Source: Eledone cirrhosa
Lineage: Eukaryota
DNA length: 64,000 bases
Direction of reading: 5' to 3'
Assembly (NCBI GenBank): GCA_964016885.1
Contig: OZ024742.1
Location: 281,914,001 to 281,978,000, forward strand
Notes under the pieces: generated by a model
What the model was told of the DNA's origin: nothing
The model's database searches: none
Seen by the model: the letters and a program-made list of their open reading frames with translations, nothing else
Translations under genes and position numbers: made by a program
Shown here: piece by piece, positions 10,761 through 22,537 of the stretch
How the letters are laid out: every line of letters starts with the position of its first letter
Position numbering within the stretch: the stretch's first letter is position 1

Positions 10761-12359
10761 ATGATGATGATTATGATGATGATGATGAACGATAATGTGA
10801 GGATGGGTCGGATGAGAAATGTAGCGTTTTCTAATCTAGATAAAGGCCAGTAATTTGGGATGTGGAAGAATGTCGATTGTATAGTCTCCATTTCAGAACT
10901 AGTGCTTTATTTTATCAACCTCAGAAGGCAAAAAGCCAAAGTTGACCTCAGAACGTAAAGAGCTGGATCATTTGTCCGTCGCTCTACTGATTTTCCCAGT
11001 CAATTGCCTTGATGAGGATGAAAATCATTGTTTCTAATGTCTTATATTATATTATAAGAAAAATGGTTTCTAAATGAAGCACAAGCCCAGCAATTTGTGC
11101 GGTAGGGAAAGTCGAGGAAAATGATTATTGTCTGGTATATTATTTTATCGATATCGGAAGAATGAATAGTAAATTTGATCTCGGCGTGAGTTGCAGTCAG
11201 ATTGCAAAGTGTTAGAGCAAATAGTGCAATATAATAATGAAAATAACAATAACAGCAATAATAACTGTTAAAGATATTATATATACATTCAGTGACGGAT
11301 GTTTACCAGGCCTCCACTTCAGTATTCAACACCAACAGATTCAAACATGTAACTTACCTATGAATCTCATATTTATTTCAATAAATATCATCACAAAATT
11401 TCACAATTACGAAGGATCGACTGTCGGATTCAACAATGATGATTCAGTTGTTAGGTCAACGTATTTCTCCAGCAGAAGTAGCGTGACTCGATATATAACA
11501 ATAATGGACCTTTGAATCACAGGTACAATCTATGAGAAGAGCTGCTACACAGTTTCTGTCTACCAAATTTCGTTCACCGGACATTCGATTATTTCTTTAT
11601 TATGGTAAAAGATGTTTGCCAAATATACCATGCAATTAACTCGAATCTGGTGAAAGAAAGGACCCGATCGACCGATTGTACAAAGAAAACTGTGTTTCAT
11701 TGGTCTTTTCATTCCTGGCTGAAGGAGGCAGAATTTGAACTCAGAGCGCACAGCGCCAAACAATACTAGACAGCAACTTTAGTTATTGAGCCGAAGGGAT
11801 GAAAAAGAAGTTGAACTCAGATTGCAGTCAGCTGAAACATAGCGGGCATGTAATCCAACACCCTGCCCACTCTGCCAATTCGTTCTATTGGTGACTATAA
11901 AATAAACAATATTCGAATATTGACCACATATGTAGAGTAATACATTTTAGTAACACATAAATTACATAGCAACAACATTTCTTTCAAACAAGACATCGGA
12001 ATATATTTTTAATGGACATACAAGCTGGAATAACTTCATTATTCAATAACTATTTGTGTTTCTTTGAACATACTTCTTTTCTACACATTTTTGTTCTATG
12101 GCGTAAATTATTCTGTTTCTCCAATAAAATTATCACGCCAGACTCAGAATACCAAATTATATAAATCGGGTTTACCTCAACACATGTAAACGTGGTTTTA
12201 CTGTGTTTAACGTGTTTCAACATTACATAATTGAAAGTAGACATAGGGCAAAGTTGGACATAAATAGATTTTTTTCTAAATTTTATTTTAACTTTACTTT
12301 TAACAAAATGTTTATGTAACAATTTTTTTCTGCTTGTCATGTACTTATGTATTTCACCT

Positions 12360-12391
<32 letters not shown>

Positions 12392-13039
12392 CACACACAC
12401 ACACATATATATATACAGAGAGAGGGGGGAATAGAGAGGGGGAATAGAGAGAGAGAGGATGAATACGTAATGCAGATATAAATAACGGTTTTTAATTAGA
12501 AGCTTTTGTTGTAAAACGAGAGTGTAAACACTTTCAACTATTCTTCCGCAAACACACACAAATACAGAGAGTTTGAGATCAATCTGATGCTTTTCACATA
12601 CTATTGTGTCCTAATGAGAAGATAGTTGTGCCTGTAATTCTGTGATTGAGAAAATATTGATATAGCGGTGTATTGTTTCCTTGAGCAAGACATTTTTCCA
12701 GGTTGCTCCAGTCCATTCAGTTACATCTCTATTCATCACACACTGCGTCAGGTTAAATCTTACTGAGTACTACTAGTGGATAAAGAGTTCGCTTCAAGAT
12801 GTTCCCAATGTCTGGCATCGTGGGCAAGTATCCTTTCCACAGCTTTCGGGGGATACAGGTTTTGGGAGTTAATTTGTTTAAACACCTAATGGACTGTCTT
12901 TATACTTCAAATATCCAGATTTGTCATACACTATGTCTTACTCAAGCTCTCCAAAAGCGATATTTAATCATACACACGTTTCTGGAATGATGCATTACTC
13001 ACTTACATGATAATTTCCTGAGCGCCCTGTTCCCGCCAT

Positions 13040-13078
<39 letters not shown>

Positions 13079-13229
13079 CATATGTGTGTGTGTGTGTGTG
13101 TGTGTTTGTGTGTGTTTGTGTGTGTGTGTGTGTATGTGTGTGCGTGATAAAGTTGTCTATATAAATACAAAGTGTCTAACTGAAACTGCGCCAACGTGTA
13201 TAAATATATATATTTATACATACTTATAT

Positions 13230-13349
<120 letters not shown>

Positions 13350-13383
13350 TTACATACACACATAGAAGACTAAAATCCAAAAA

Positions 13384-13640
13384 GGGCTCGATAAGAATAA
13401 GTCTATATCAAATATATAAGAACCCTAGAGCAAATATTTATTAAAATAACAGATTAAAGTTTAAGCAAGGAATTGCTGCTTTCACCCTTCACGGGATCTT
13501 CTGAAACTAAAAAACATATTTTTTTTACTTTCAGAAGGGCCAAAGCAGTTATTCTTTGCTTAAACTTTAATCTGTTATTTTAATAAATATTTTCTCTAGG
13601 GCTCTTATATATTTGATATAGATTAATTCTTATCGAGCCC
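13384..13640. repeat. Fold-back inverted repeat (~120-bp arms), same family as 8700-8938
   Basis: GGGCTCGATAAGAAT..CTTCTGAAA / TTTCAGAAG..ATTCTTATCGAGCCC. Confidence 0.85.
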
Positions 13641-13664
13641 TCTTTCTATATATATATATGAATG

Positions 13665-13812
13665 TATAGTGTATTTGGTAATACACTGTATGCTTAATTA
13701 AAAGCCTTTTGAAGACCGTATGCTATTATTTTAAAGTAGTGATTATGTCACTTACTTCTTTTTTCAACAAACAAAGGGAGATAAACTGATAGATCTGTTT
13801 CATACTGTTGGT
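13665..13812 (+). repeat. Unclassified interspersed repeat (second copy ~54211-54366)
   Basis: Shared TATGCTTAATTAAAA..TTTTGAAGACC..TTAAAGTAGTGA.TATGTCACTTACTTCTTT. Confidence 0.65.
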
Positions 13813-13880
13813 ATTCCTCAGAGCTTAGCATATATATATATATATAGATATATACATACTTACACACACACATATATATC

Positions 13881-13913
<33 letters not shown>

Positions 13914-14020
13914 GTGTGTGTGTATGTATATATGTATATATATATATATGTGTGTGTCTGTGTGTGTATATGTGTGTGCGTGTTTATATATACATACATA
14001 TATATATGCATATATATATC

Positions 14021-14258
<238 letters not shown>

Positions 14259-14334
14259 TATATATATACATAAACAGAGAGGCAGTGCAAACAAAGGTTT
14301 ATTAGTTCCACGCTCTTGAGAGTGGAATGTGGAG

Positions 14335-14370
14335 AACGATGTTTCGGGCATAAGCCCTTCCTCAGGAGAA
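14335..14370 (-). ncRNA. Hammerhead-like core in the PLE 3' pseudo-LTR
   Basis: CTGAGGA-AGGGC(TTAT)GCCC-GAAACATCGTT. Stem I pairing is not evident. Confidence 0.5.
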
Positions 14371-15549
14371 AATTGGGTGGGAAGAGAGTTCCGAGGGTGT
14401 ATGGGGAGTGGTGGAGAGACATTTAGAAAAAAAGGAGGGGGAAAAGGGGAGGTAAACGGTGGAAGAGGTACAAATAAAAATAAAAATAAAAATAAACATA
14501 AAGATAAGGAAGTGGTGGAAGGGTGTGGGAAGTGTGAGGAGGGAGTAGGGAGAGGGAGGCGTGGTGTTCGAGCGGGGAGGGCTGAAAGTGAGGTTTGTGT
14601 ATGTGTGTAGGTGTACGTGTGTGTGTGTGTGTGTGTGTGAATGTGAGAGTTGGGGGGAAGAACGAGGTTCCACGTTGAGGAGAAGGTGTGTGTGTGTTGG
14701 GTGGGGTGTAGGTCGGTTTGTGCGTGCGTGTGGATAAGGAGGGGTCAGAGTGGTTGGGGAGGGGCATTCCGGAGGCTGAGTGTGTATATGAGGGGGTACG
14801 CACGTGTGTGTTGGTGTTTATACCTGGTGTAGGTGGCGTGGTCCGAAAAAGAATTGTCAGTGTATGTCCGTGGGTAAGTTCCTAAGGTAGTTCCGTAGAG
14901 GGTGCGAAGAGTGGCCGGATATTTTTCATGTTATTGAGTGGATAGCTGGAACGATGCCCGGTGGTGTGTAATTCGTTGGTTGTGGTGGTCGGAAGTGGGG
15001 AGATGTGGGGTACGCGCGCAACAGGAAGTGGTCAGAGATCAAGGCACGATGAAGGCATAATAGTAAAGGGGAAAGAGAGGTGGAGAAAGTCAGTGTGTGG
15101 GGGTGAGGACTGAGTGTCTGTGTGAGCGGAGAAGTGGTCAGAGGGTCAAGGCAGGATGAAGGCATAGCAGTAGAGGAGAATGACAGGTGGATAAAGTCAG
15201 TGTGTCTGTGTGTGCGGAGGTGCGGTGGACAGGGGAGAGGATGGGTAGGTTTGAAATGTGGAGTGGGGAGTTGTCATGTGGGGGGTTAGTAGTGGTGTTA
15301 GTGGGATGTCTGTGTGTGTGAAGAGATGGAGCTGGGAGAGGGAGAGAGGAGGTGTGGGGGTCGGTGGAGGGAGTGTAGTATACGGGTGTGTGTGTACGTG
15401 TTTGGATGAGTGTGTGTGTGGTAAAGGGGGTGTTAGTATTGTTAGTTGTGGGGTGGGCCAAGATGGTGGGCGGTGAAAAGGAGGAGTCTGTTAGTTGTAT
15501 TAGGGGCATAATTGTGTGTGGGGGAGGGGGGATACAGGGCCGTCGAAGG

Positions 15550-17130
15550 CTAAAGGAATAGAGGTAGGGAGTTCAGGTCGGGGTGAAGATGGTGCGTTAT
15601 TCGACCGAGGAGGAGGGTGGCGGGTGTTCTGTGGCATTGGAGTAGGCCACAGAATGTGAGGTGGTGGGCGGAACGTCCAGGGGAGCCAAAGTGGCGGGCG
15701 ATGGAGGAACTTGCACCGAGACGAATATCCCGGAGGTGTTCAGTGAAACGGTCCGCCAGGCGACGTCCAGTCTGTCCGACGTAGGTTGAGCTGCACTCCG
15801 TGCAGCGAAGTCCATAGACTAGATTGGAAGAGGTGCAGCGGAAGGCGTGCCGGACAGAGAGAGAGTGGCCGTTGGGACCCTGGAAGGTGGTTGCGTTGGT
15901 GATGTGGGGGCAGGTGTGGCAACGAGGCCTGGAGCAGGGAAGGGAACCGGGGGGGCATGGGTTGGGGGTAGGGAGCTGCGGACGAGGAGGGTGCGGAGAT
16001 TGCGTGCGCTTTTGAAGGAGGGGAGGGTGGGGATGGGAAAATGTGGAAGGTGGAGGGGTCGGACTGGAGGCGTCGGAAGAGGTGGAGGGTGGTGCGGTAG
16101 AGGGATGGTAGGTGATGAGGAGGGGGATAACGGTGGGTGGGTGTGTGATGGCGTGGGGTGAGGGTGGTGGAGCGGTGGACAACACGGGCGCGAGTGAGGC
16201 GGTGTGGACGAGGGAGGGGGAACCTCTGCGGATGAAATGGCTGACTAGGGAAAGGGCCTGGGACTCAAAGTCAGCATTTCGGCTACAGAGGCGGCGGATC
16301 CTGAGGAGTTGTGAGTAGGGAATAGCGTGTTTTGTGTGTGTAAGGTGGGAGGAGGTGAAGTCGAAGTAGGAGTGGGAGTCGGTTCGTTTGAAGAACGGCG
16401 GAGGTGACGAGGGAGCGGGGGGGAGGGGTCGATGGCGGCGGAGATGTCTAAGAAGTGGACGTGGGTGGTGGAGCTAGAGGTCGTGAAGTGGAGGGAGGGT
16501 GGAAGGAGCAGAAGAAGGTGAGAAAGGAGTCGTTCTGTTCTCGGATGAGGGTCGTGGCACCGATACAGTCGTCGATGTAACGACCGTACAGTTCGGGCGT
16601 GGGGCCGGTGTACTGGGCAAAGATTTGGGCCTCAACATGGCCAACGAAAAGGTTGGCATAGTTTGGGCCCATTCTTGTGCCCCTGGCTACTCCCGTGACC
16701 TGTTGCTAAAACTCACCCGAGAAGGATAAGCAGTTGAGTGTGAGCACCAGCTCGGCGAGGTGAAGGAGGAGGGGGGCGAGTCAAGGTAGTGCCTGAAGGC
16801 ACGTGGGCCGTCGGCGTGGGGGATGACAGTATAAAGCGACTTGATGTCTAGGGTGAAGAGGAGGGGGTGTGGGCCGGGTGGGAAAGTGATGAAGTCGAAC
16901 AGGCGAAGGGCGTGGTTGGTGTCGGAGATGTGGGAGGGGAGGGTGGTGACGAGAGGGGAGAGGATGGAATCGAGAAAGGCGGAGATGAGTTCGGTGGGGT
17001 TGTTGCAAGCGGAGACGATGGGGCGGCTGGTGTTGTCGGGTTTGTGGAGTTTGGGGAGGAAGTAGACGGCAGTGGGTGCGGGTGTACGGACGATGAAGTG
17101 GGAAGCGGTGGGAGGGAGGAGGAGACAAGG
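15550..17130 (-). pseudogene. PLE reverse transcriptase + GIY-YIG endonuclease, frameshifted
   Basis: YFLPKLHK..RPIVS..LDIKSLYT; MGPNYANLF..RYIDDC; PCSRPRCHTC linker; NLVYGLRCTECSSTYVGQTGRRLADRFTEH. Confidence 0.9.
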
Positions 17131-17178
17131 TGATATATATATATACATATATATATAGATATATACATATATACATAC

Positions 17179-17209
<31 letters not shown>

Positions 17210-17247
17210 TACATGTATATATATATATATATATACACATTATATGT

Positions 17248-17532
17248 CAACTCTCAGCAATGTCCAGCTAACCTCAGTCTACTCTGTGTCATTTTTGAGC
17301 TGACTTTTGGGAAGCTCCCATACAGCTCTGAGTTGCACTCAGTGCTCCTGTGCGAGCCCCTACATGGACACACTGGAAGAGGAAGAGCAAGGTTAACGTA
17401 TGTTGATGCCCTAAGGACAGACACTGGTCTGTTGGAGACGCAGGACATGGCAGCGATAATGAGGGACAGAGACCGCTGGAGAGACCTCGTCCATGGATCT
17501 TGGGAATTTTACCCGCCCTAGATAGATAGATT
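17248..17532 (+). mobile_element. RTE-type LINE 3' end with inverted 5' segment
   Basis: Plus strand LLCEPLHGHTGRGRARLTYVD..MRDRDRWR and a (TAGA)n tail. Minus strand ~17248-17335 encodes the upstream motif [18 protein letters not shown]. Confidence 0.75.
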
Positions 17533-17540
17533 CATTATAT

Positions 17541-17594
<54 letters not shown>

Positions 17595-18144
17595 TAGCAA
17601 AATTCTCCTGGCATTGAAATCAGTAAATATGTTAATGTGATTTCTGCTGTAGTTAGTACCATTTTCTAATTTTATTTTTCATGTTTGCTGGTGCATCTTA
17701 TCAGCTTCATCTACGCCACTCTAAGTACTTTTTATCGATGGTTCTCCTCTAATTCTCTGATTTCCAGTGTCTTGAAATAAATTAATGTCTCTCTTTTTAA
17801 TTAATTCACCTCCCCGGAGAATAAGTTTTGGCACATTTGTCGAACTTCACACTTATTTTCATATCACTATTGACTTCATGTATTATAGTTGCAGACTTAG
17901 TTTCCTTGTAGCGTTGTTTCAACTGGGCACTGTCTCTTTCTAAGTAATTATAAATTCTTCTTCACGCCAGTACATACTCGAAAACTTTTGTTTGTTTTAT
18001 TGTATGTTTTCACTATCGATTCTACGTAAAACCCCAATTGTTTTTCTGATTCGTACTTGTAATTTTCATTCATCCGACCCTCTTGTGACAAATAAAGAAA
18101 CGTTTCTCCTTCTTCTTGTTATTATTATTGTTGTTATTATTGGG

Positions 18145-18468
18145 TTACGGCTCTTTATGATCTGAGTTCAAATATCCCGCCAAGGTTAACGTTGCCTTTC
18201 ATCCTTATGGGGTCGATAAAATAAAGTACCAGTCACGCACTGGGGTCGATTTAATCGACCCCCCCCCCCCAAAAAAAAATTGCTGGCCTTATGCCTATAT
18301 AAGAAACCATTATTATTATTATTGGGGGTGGGGGGTCGATTAAATCTGTTATCGACCCCGTAAGGAAGAAAGGCAAAGTTAACATCGGCGGAATTTAAAC
18401 TCAGAACGTAAAGGGACATAACTCTATGTCATGAAGCATGGTGTGCAAGGCTCTACCGATACTGCCAA
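18145..18468. mobile_element. Two SINE family 1 copies, tail-to-tail
   Basis: Plus copy ~18145-18310 ending GGCCTTATGCC..GAAACC(ATT)n; minus copy ~18335-18468. Confidence 0.75.
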
Positions 18469-18474
18469 TAATAA

Positions 18475-18505
<31 letters not shown>

Positions 18506-18506
<1 letters not shown>

Positions 18507-20038
18507 ATTTCATTTATTAGCCACAAGGGCCGACATGTAGGGGACAATACAAAGACAGGGACAGTGGGGGTTTACAATAAGGTCGAGTAAAAGTGCACAA
18601 TGGCAAGACTAAGTTAACAATGAAGATATACAAAATATAAAATAAACTATGCATAAATATAACAAAATAAATTCCCCGATAGGGGGTGGACGACACTGGG
18701 GTGACTCGGGTACGCCACCAATCCTGAACCACCCTGCGCTTCTAGGGCACCCAGTGAGAGCACCCCTCTCCTCAAGTTAGCTAGACTATAGGCGCATGGT
18801 CAGAGTAGGCCAATTCACACGGGCCATTCTCGCCACATTCATCCACCTTTTAGCAAATGTACTGGGTGCAGAATTTCTCTCTCCACCCTCACCTTCCTTT
18901 CCAGGTGAAACTTGAAGGAGTTGATGAGGGATTGGCCGAAGAGAAAATTGTCTGTCTTCAGTCCTTTTAATCTGGTCCACCTTATAACCACTTTCGCAAC
19001 TGCCACCAGACAGAGGAAAATTTCCTGCTCTTCCTGACCTAAGAAAGGCGGCGGGTCGATCATCACTATGGACTCGGCCGATAGCCGGATTCGTTCCACA
19101 CGCGACAGTAGCTGTTCGACATAACACCACAAGTCAGTAATGCACGGACATTGGACAAGTGCGTACAGAACGGTTTCGTTGTTCTGTGGGCATCTTGGGA
19201 AGGTCCGTCTGACGGCACATCTGTGCCTGAAGAGTTTATCCCGAACCGGCAGTGCACCGGTAGCACTGCCAAGCGAGGGATTTCTGAAATTGTCCATCGT
19301 CCCCGGGTCGAAATTCCTCCGGTACAGACTGGTCAGTTCGACTTCGTCGAGGCCCAAAGCTTCCCCGAGTGCGTCCTCGCACTTGCCCACCACTAATCCT
19401 CTATAGAACTCGAGAGTGGAAGTTCCACTGATAGCATTGCCAGCTTGCGAGAGGGCAACATTCCAGGTGCCATCACCCAGTCACGGTCTCTTCTTGACCC
19501 AGGACTGCAGCTCAGTCAAAGAAACGAGCTGCGGAAAGGCCCGTCTGATAAACGGCGACCACACCTGTTCACCGTTTAGGCAGAATATCTGGAGATGTCG
19601 CAGCTTCAACGCATGTCTGCGCATCATTAGCCACGGCATGCCCAGCCCTCCGAGTAGAGGGTACTGAAAGCAGATGGACCACCTCACCAACGGAACTTGT
19701 CCCCTCCACAAGAATTTTAAGAGGAGCCGTTCCAACTTGACGAGGCGCGGACGGGGGCAAGACACGGCGGTCAGACGGTAGTAGATGACGGAGGCGATGT
19801 ACGCATTCGCCACCTCCGCGCGACCTTTCAGTGATAGCTTCCTCCCAGCCCATTTTTGGGTGAGACTGGCCACTCTGCTCGTTACCTTGTCCCAATTATT
19901 TTCCACCTGGAGGTCTGGTCCGAACCAAACCCCGAGCAACTTTACCGGTCCGTCCGTCCAGCGCCCCATGACGCTGTTGGACGGCATGGGCTTGCCTCTC
20001 CAGGTTCCGAGCTGCAAGCCGACCGTATGGCGCCTGTC
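18506..20038 (-). mobile_element. Tx1-type non-LTR retrotransposon family C, 5'-truncated
   Basis: Encodes the RT thumb and CCHC region homologous to ORF2 of families A and B. Ends CCCTTGTGGCTAATAAATGAAATC(ATT)n on its sense strand. (AAT)n on both plus-strand flanks. Confidence 0.9.
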
Positions 20039-20044
20039 AATAAT

Positions 20045-20233
20045 AATAATAATAATTGTTTCTGCTTTTGGCACAAGGCCACCAATTACACAGTGTATTA
20101 CTGGTACTTTATTTTATCGACCCTGTAAGGATGAAAGGTTAACTTTGCTTTTCATCTTTACGGGGTCGATAAAATAAAGTACCAGTAATGCTCTGGGATA
20201 ATTGCTGGCCTTGTGTTAAAAGTAGAAACAATT
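20045..20233. mobile_element. Head-to-head palindrome of two SINE family 1 3' halves, tails outward
   Basis: ~20045-20137 (minus) and ~20138-20233 (plus). Each tail runs into an (ATT)n tract that carries a Tx1 insertion. Confidence 0.85.
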
Positions 20234-20260
20234 ATTATTATTATTATTATTATTATTATA

Positions 20261-20317
<57 letters not shown>
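20231..20317. repeat. (ATT)n target tract
   Basis: Directly visible. Confidence 0.95.
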
Positions 20318-20525
20318 GGCGACCTACGTAGTAAATCGTATCATCGTGAGCTCCGCAAAGGTTTGTTATTTCCGTTTGTTAAAAATTGCCATTTATGGAA
20401 AATTTTTATTGTTAACCATATATAAGCGCACATACATTGTTTTCCGAAAAGGACACCCAAAAAGATTGGGGCCTTGTGCCCTAAATTTAAACTTTTATTA
20501 TTATCAAAAAATTTCTTTGAAAAAT

Positions 20526-22503
20526 ATGGCTAATTCACCTCTGCACCAAGCAGCTGAAAGCCTTTCTCACAAATTAACACCTCACACCGATACCACCATT
20601 GTAAATGTTACTACGTTTGCCAACACGACAAAAAATATAAGCAGTAGCAATATTTTAAATTTGTCTCAGGCAGACATTCATTTCCCGCCATTACCAATGA
20701 CTGCAGGTGTTAAAGCCACCACCACCACCCCCACCACCACCGAGACAACAGAAACAAAAGAAGAAAAAAATAAATTAACTCGTGATGTCGAAATGAAATC
20801 AAGCAAAATGGACTCTTCCCCACCAAAGACGACTGACGTTACCACAACCACAACTGAAACTAAAATTAATATTAACACAAATAACGATAGCAACAACAAC
20901 AACAATGACATTATAAAAACCACCCTCAGTTTCGCCAGAGTAGCAAAACAGTTCGAAGCATTTACGGTAACTCAGGAGGATTTAGAAAATGACAAACAAA
21001 TGGTAAAGAAAGATGGGTACAGGGTCAGCCTCCCCCCCCCACCTAATAAAATGGAGCATCGGCGCCTATGCACAGTGTCGTATCGAGCATTAAATGTAAA
21101 ATCGCGCCGAGTGGAACGGGCATCCGAGTCCCAAATCCAAAAAGCTTTGGGACATGTGTGGGTAAGAAAAACCCACATCAGACGTGGGCAGAAGTATGGA
21201 ACCGTGGACGTGTTCTTTGAAACACCAGAGGAGGCTAGAGAACACTCCATGGCCCCATTAAGAAGTGACGACTTCACACTCGTCCCAAGCTATTGTGGCC
21301 AGAGACTCGTAAAGATCAGGGTGACCCACGTTCCACCGGCCATCGAAATTCCCTGGCTAATAGCGGCCGTCCTCGCCGGCATCGAAGCCAACACAAAAAT
21401 AATAGCAATAGCAAAAGAAAAGCAGGAGAACTGGTCCGGATATGGGATGGAGCTCCTGATCCAAGCGGACCAAAAAAGCATTGAGGAGATCCCAGAGGTA
21501 ATAGACCTCACTGACGGCAGCCACCTCACGGTAATTGTCGAGGGCAGAAGACCTAGGTGTGTCGTTTGTGGTGAAGGAACCCACCTAAGGGCTTTCTGCC
21601 CTCAGGCTAAAAGGTTGAGGCCACCTCTCCTACCCACCCCAGTGACACAACCATCAACACCACCAGTAGCAGAGATGGCAGCAACAACTGTAGCAGCAAC
21701 AACAGAAGCAACTATAACAGCAACAACCCCAGCAACAGTAGCAAAACCAACACCACCACCACCACCACCAGCAAAACCAACACCACCACCACCCAACGCT
21801 TCAGAACTAGCACCAGCGCCTACACCATCCACCATGCCACAACCAAAACTAACGCCTGTGGAGGATTTTCCACTCCCCGGCCTATCACAACTGGAGACAG
21901 ATTGTGACGACGAGGAGTGGGAAACGATATCCGGAAAAAAAAAAAAGAAACCAAAAAAGAAAAAATTCTCTTCCTTCCCCCTCCAAAAACAAAATACAGA
22001 GGGAAACAAATAAACTAGGAAACAAAAAAGTTAGGACAGATATACCACCATCCACACCAGCATCACAAACCCCATCAACCCAAACACCAACACCATCACC
22101 ATCATTAACCCCAACACCACCATCACCTACACCACAAAAGTCACCCAAATGCGAAACAGAAACAAACCCACAACAAACGCAAACAAAACAATACAACCAA
22201 AACGATACACACTACACAGCTTTAAATTTGAACAACAAGCAATTATTACACTACATCCAACACAACACCAGCATCACCGAAAATGACTACACAACAACCC
22301 CAAAATTCACACCACCTCCGCACATACAAATCACTCGCATCACACAGAAAACGTACATGACACTAAAACAAAAATTCCCCAAAGACATCGGAGACTTCCA
22401 ACAAGCACTCTCCAGGAGGATTTATAAGGACATGCTTCCTGAGGAAGCCACAAGCAGTGAAAAGGATGGAAAAACCGTCCTTCCCCTACGAGAAGTAAGG
22501 TAA
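20526..22503 (+). pseudogene. ORF1 (gag-like, CCHC knuckle, Thr/Pro-rich tail), frameshift in A-run at ~21940
   Basis: RPRCVVCGEGTHLRAFC (CX2CX4HX4C). The C-terminus continues in ORF 21904-22503 and is homologous to family B ORF1. Confidence 0.85.
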
Positions 22504-22537
22504 GTGGTCTTTCCCATCTTTTCCACTCCTTTTCAAC

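Larger units (their letters stand above)
14275..17132 (-). mobile_element. Penelope-like element (Neptune-like), 5'-truncated, inserted in (TA)n
   Basis: RT and GIY-YIG remnants, long 3' region, hammerhead-like core and AATAAA near the 3' end. Confidence 0.9.

Noticed and set aside
20318-20420. HDV-like ribozyme at the Tx1 5' end
   Set aside because: No P1 partner for GGCGACC was found nearby.
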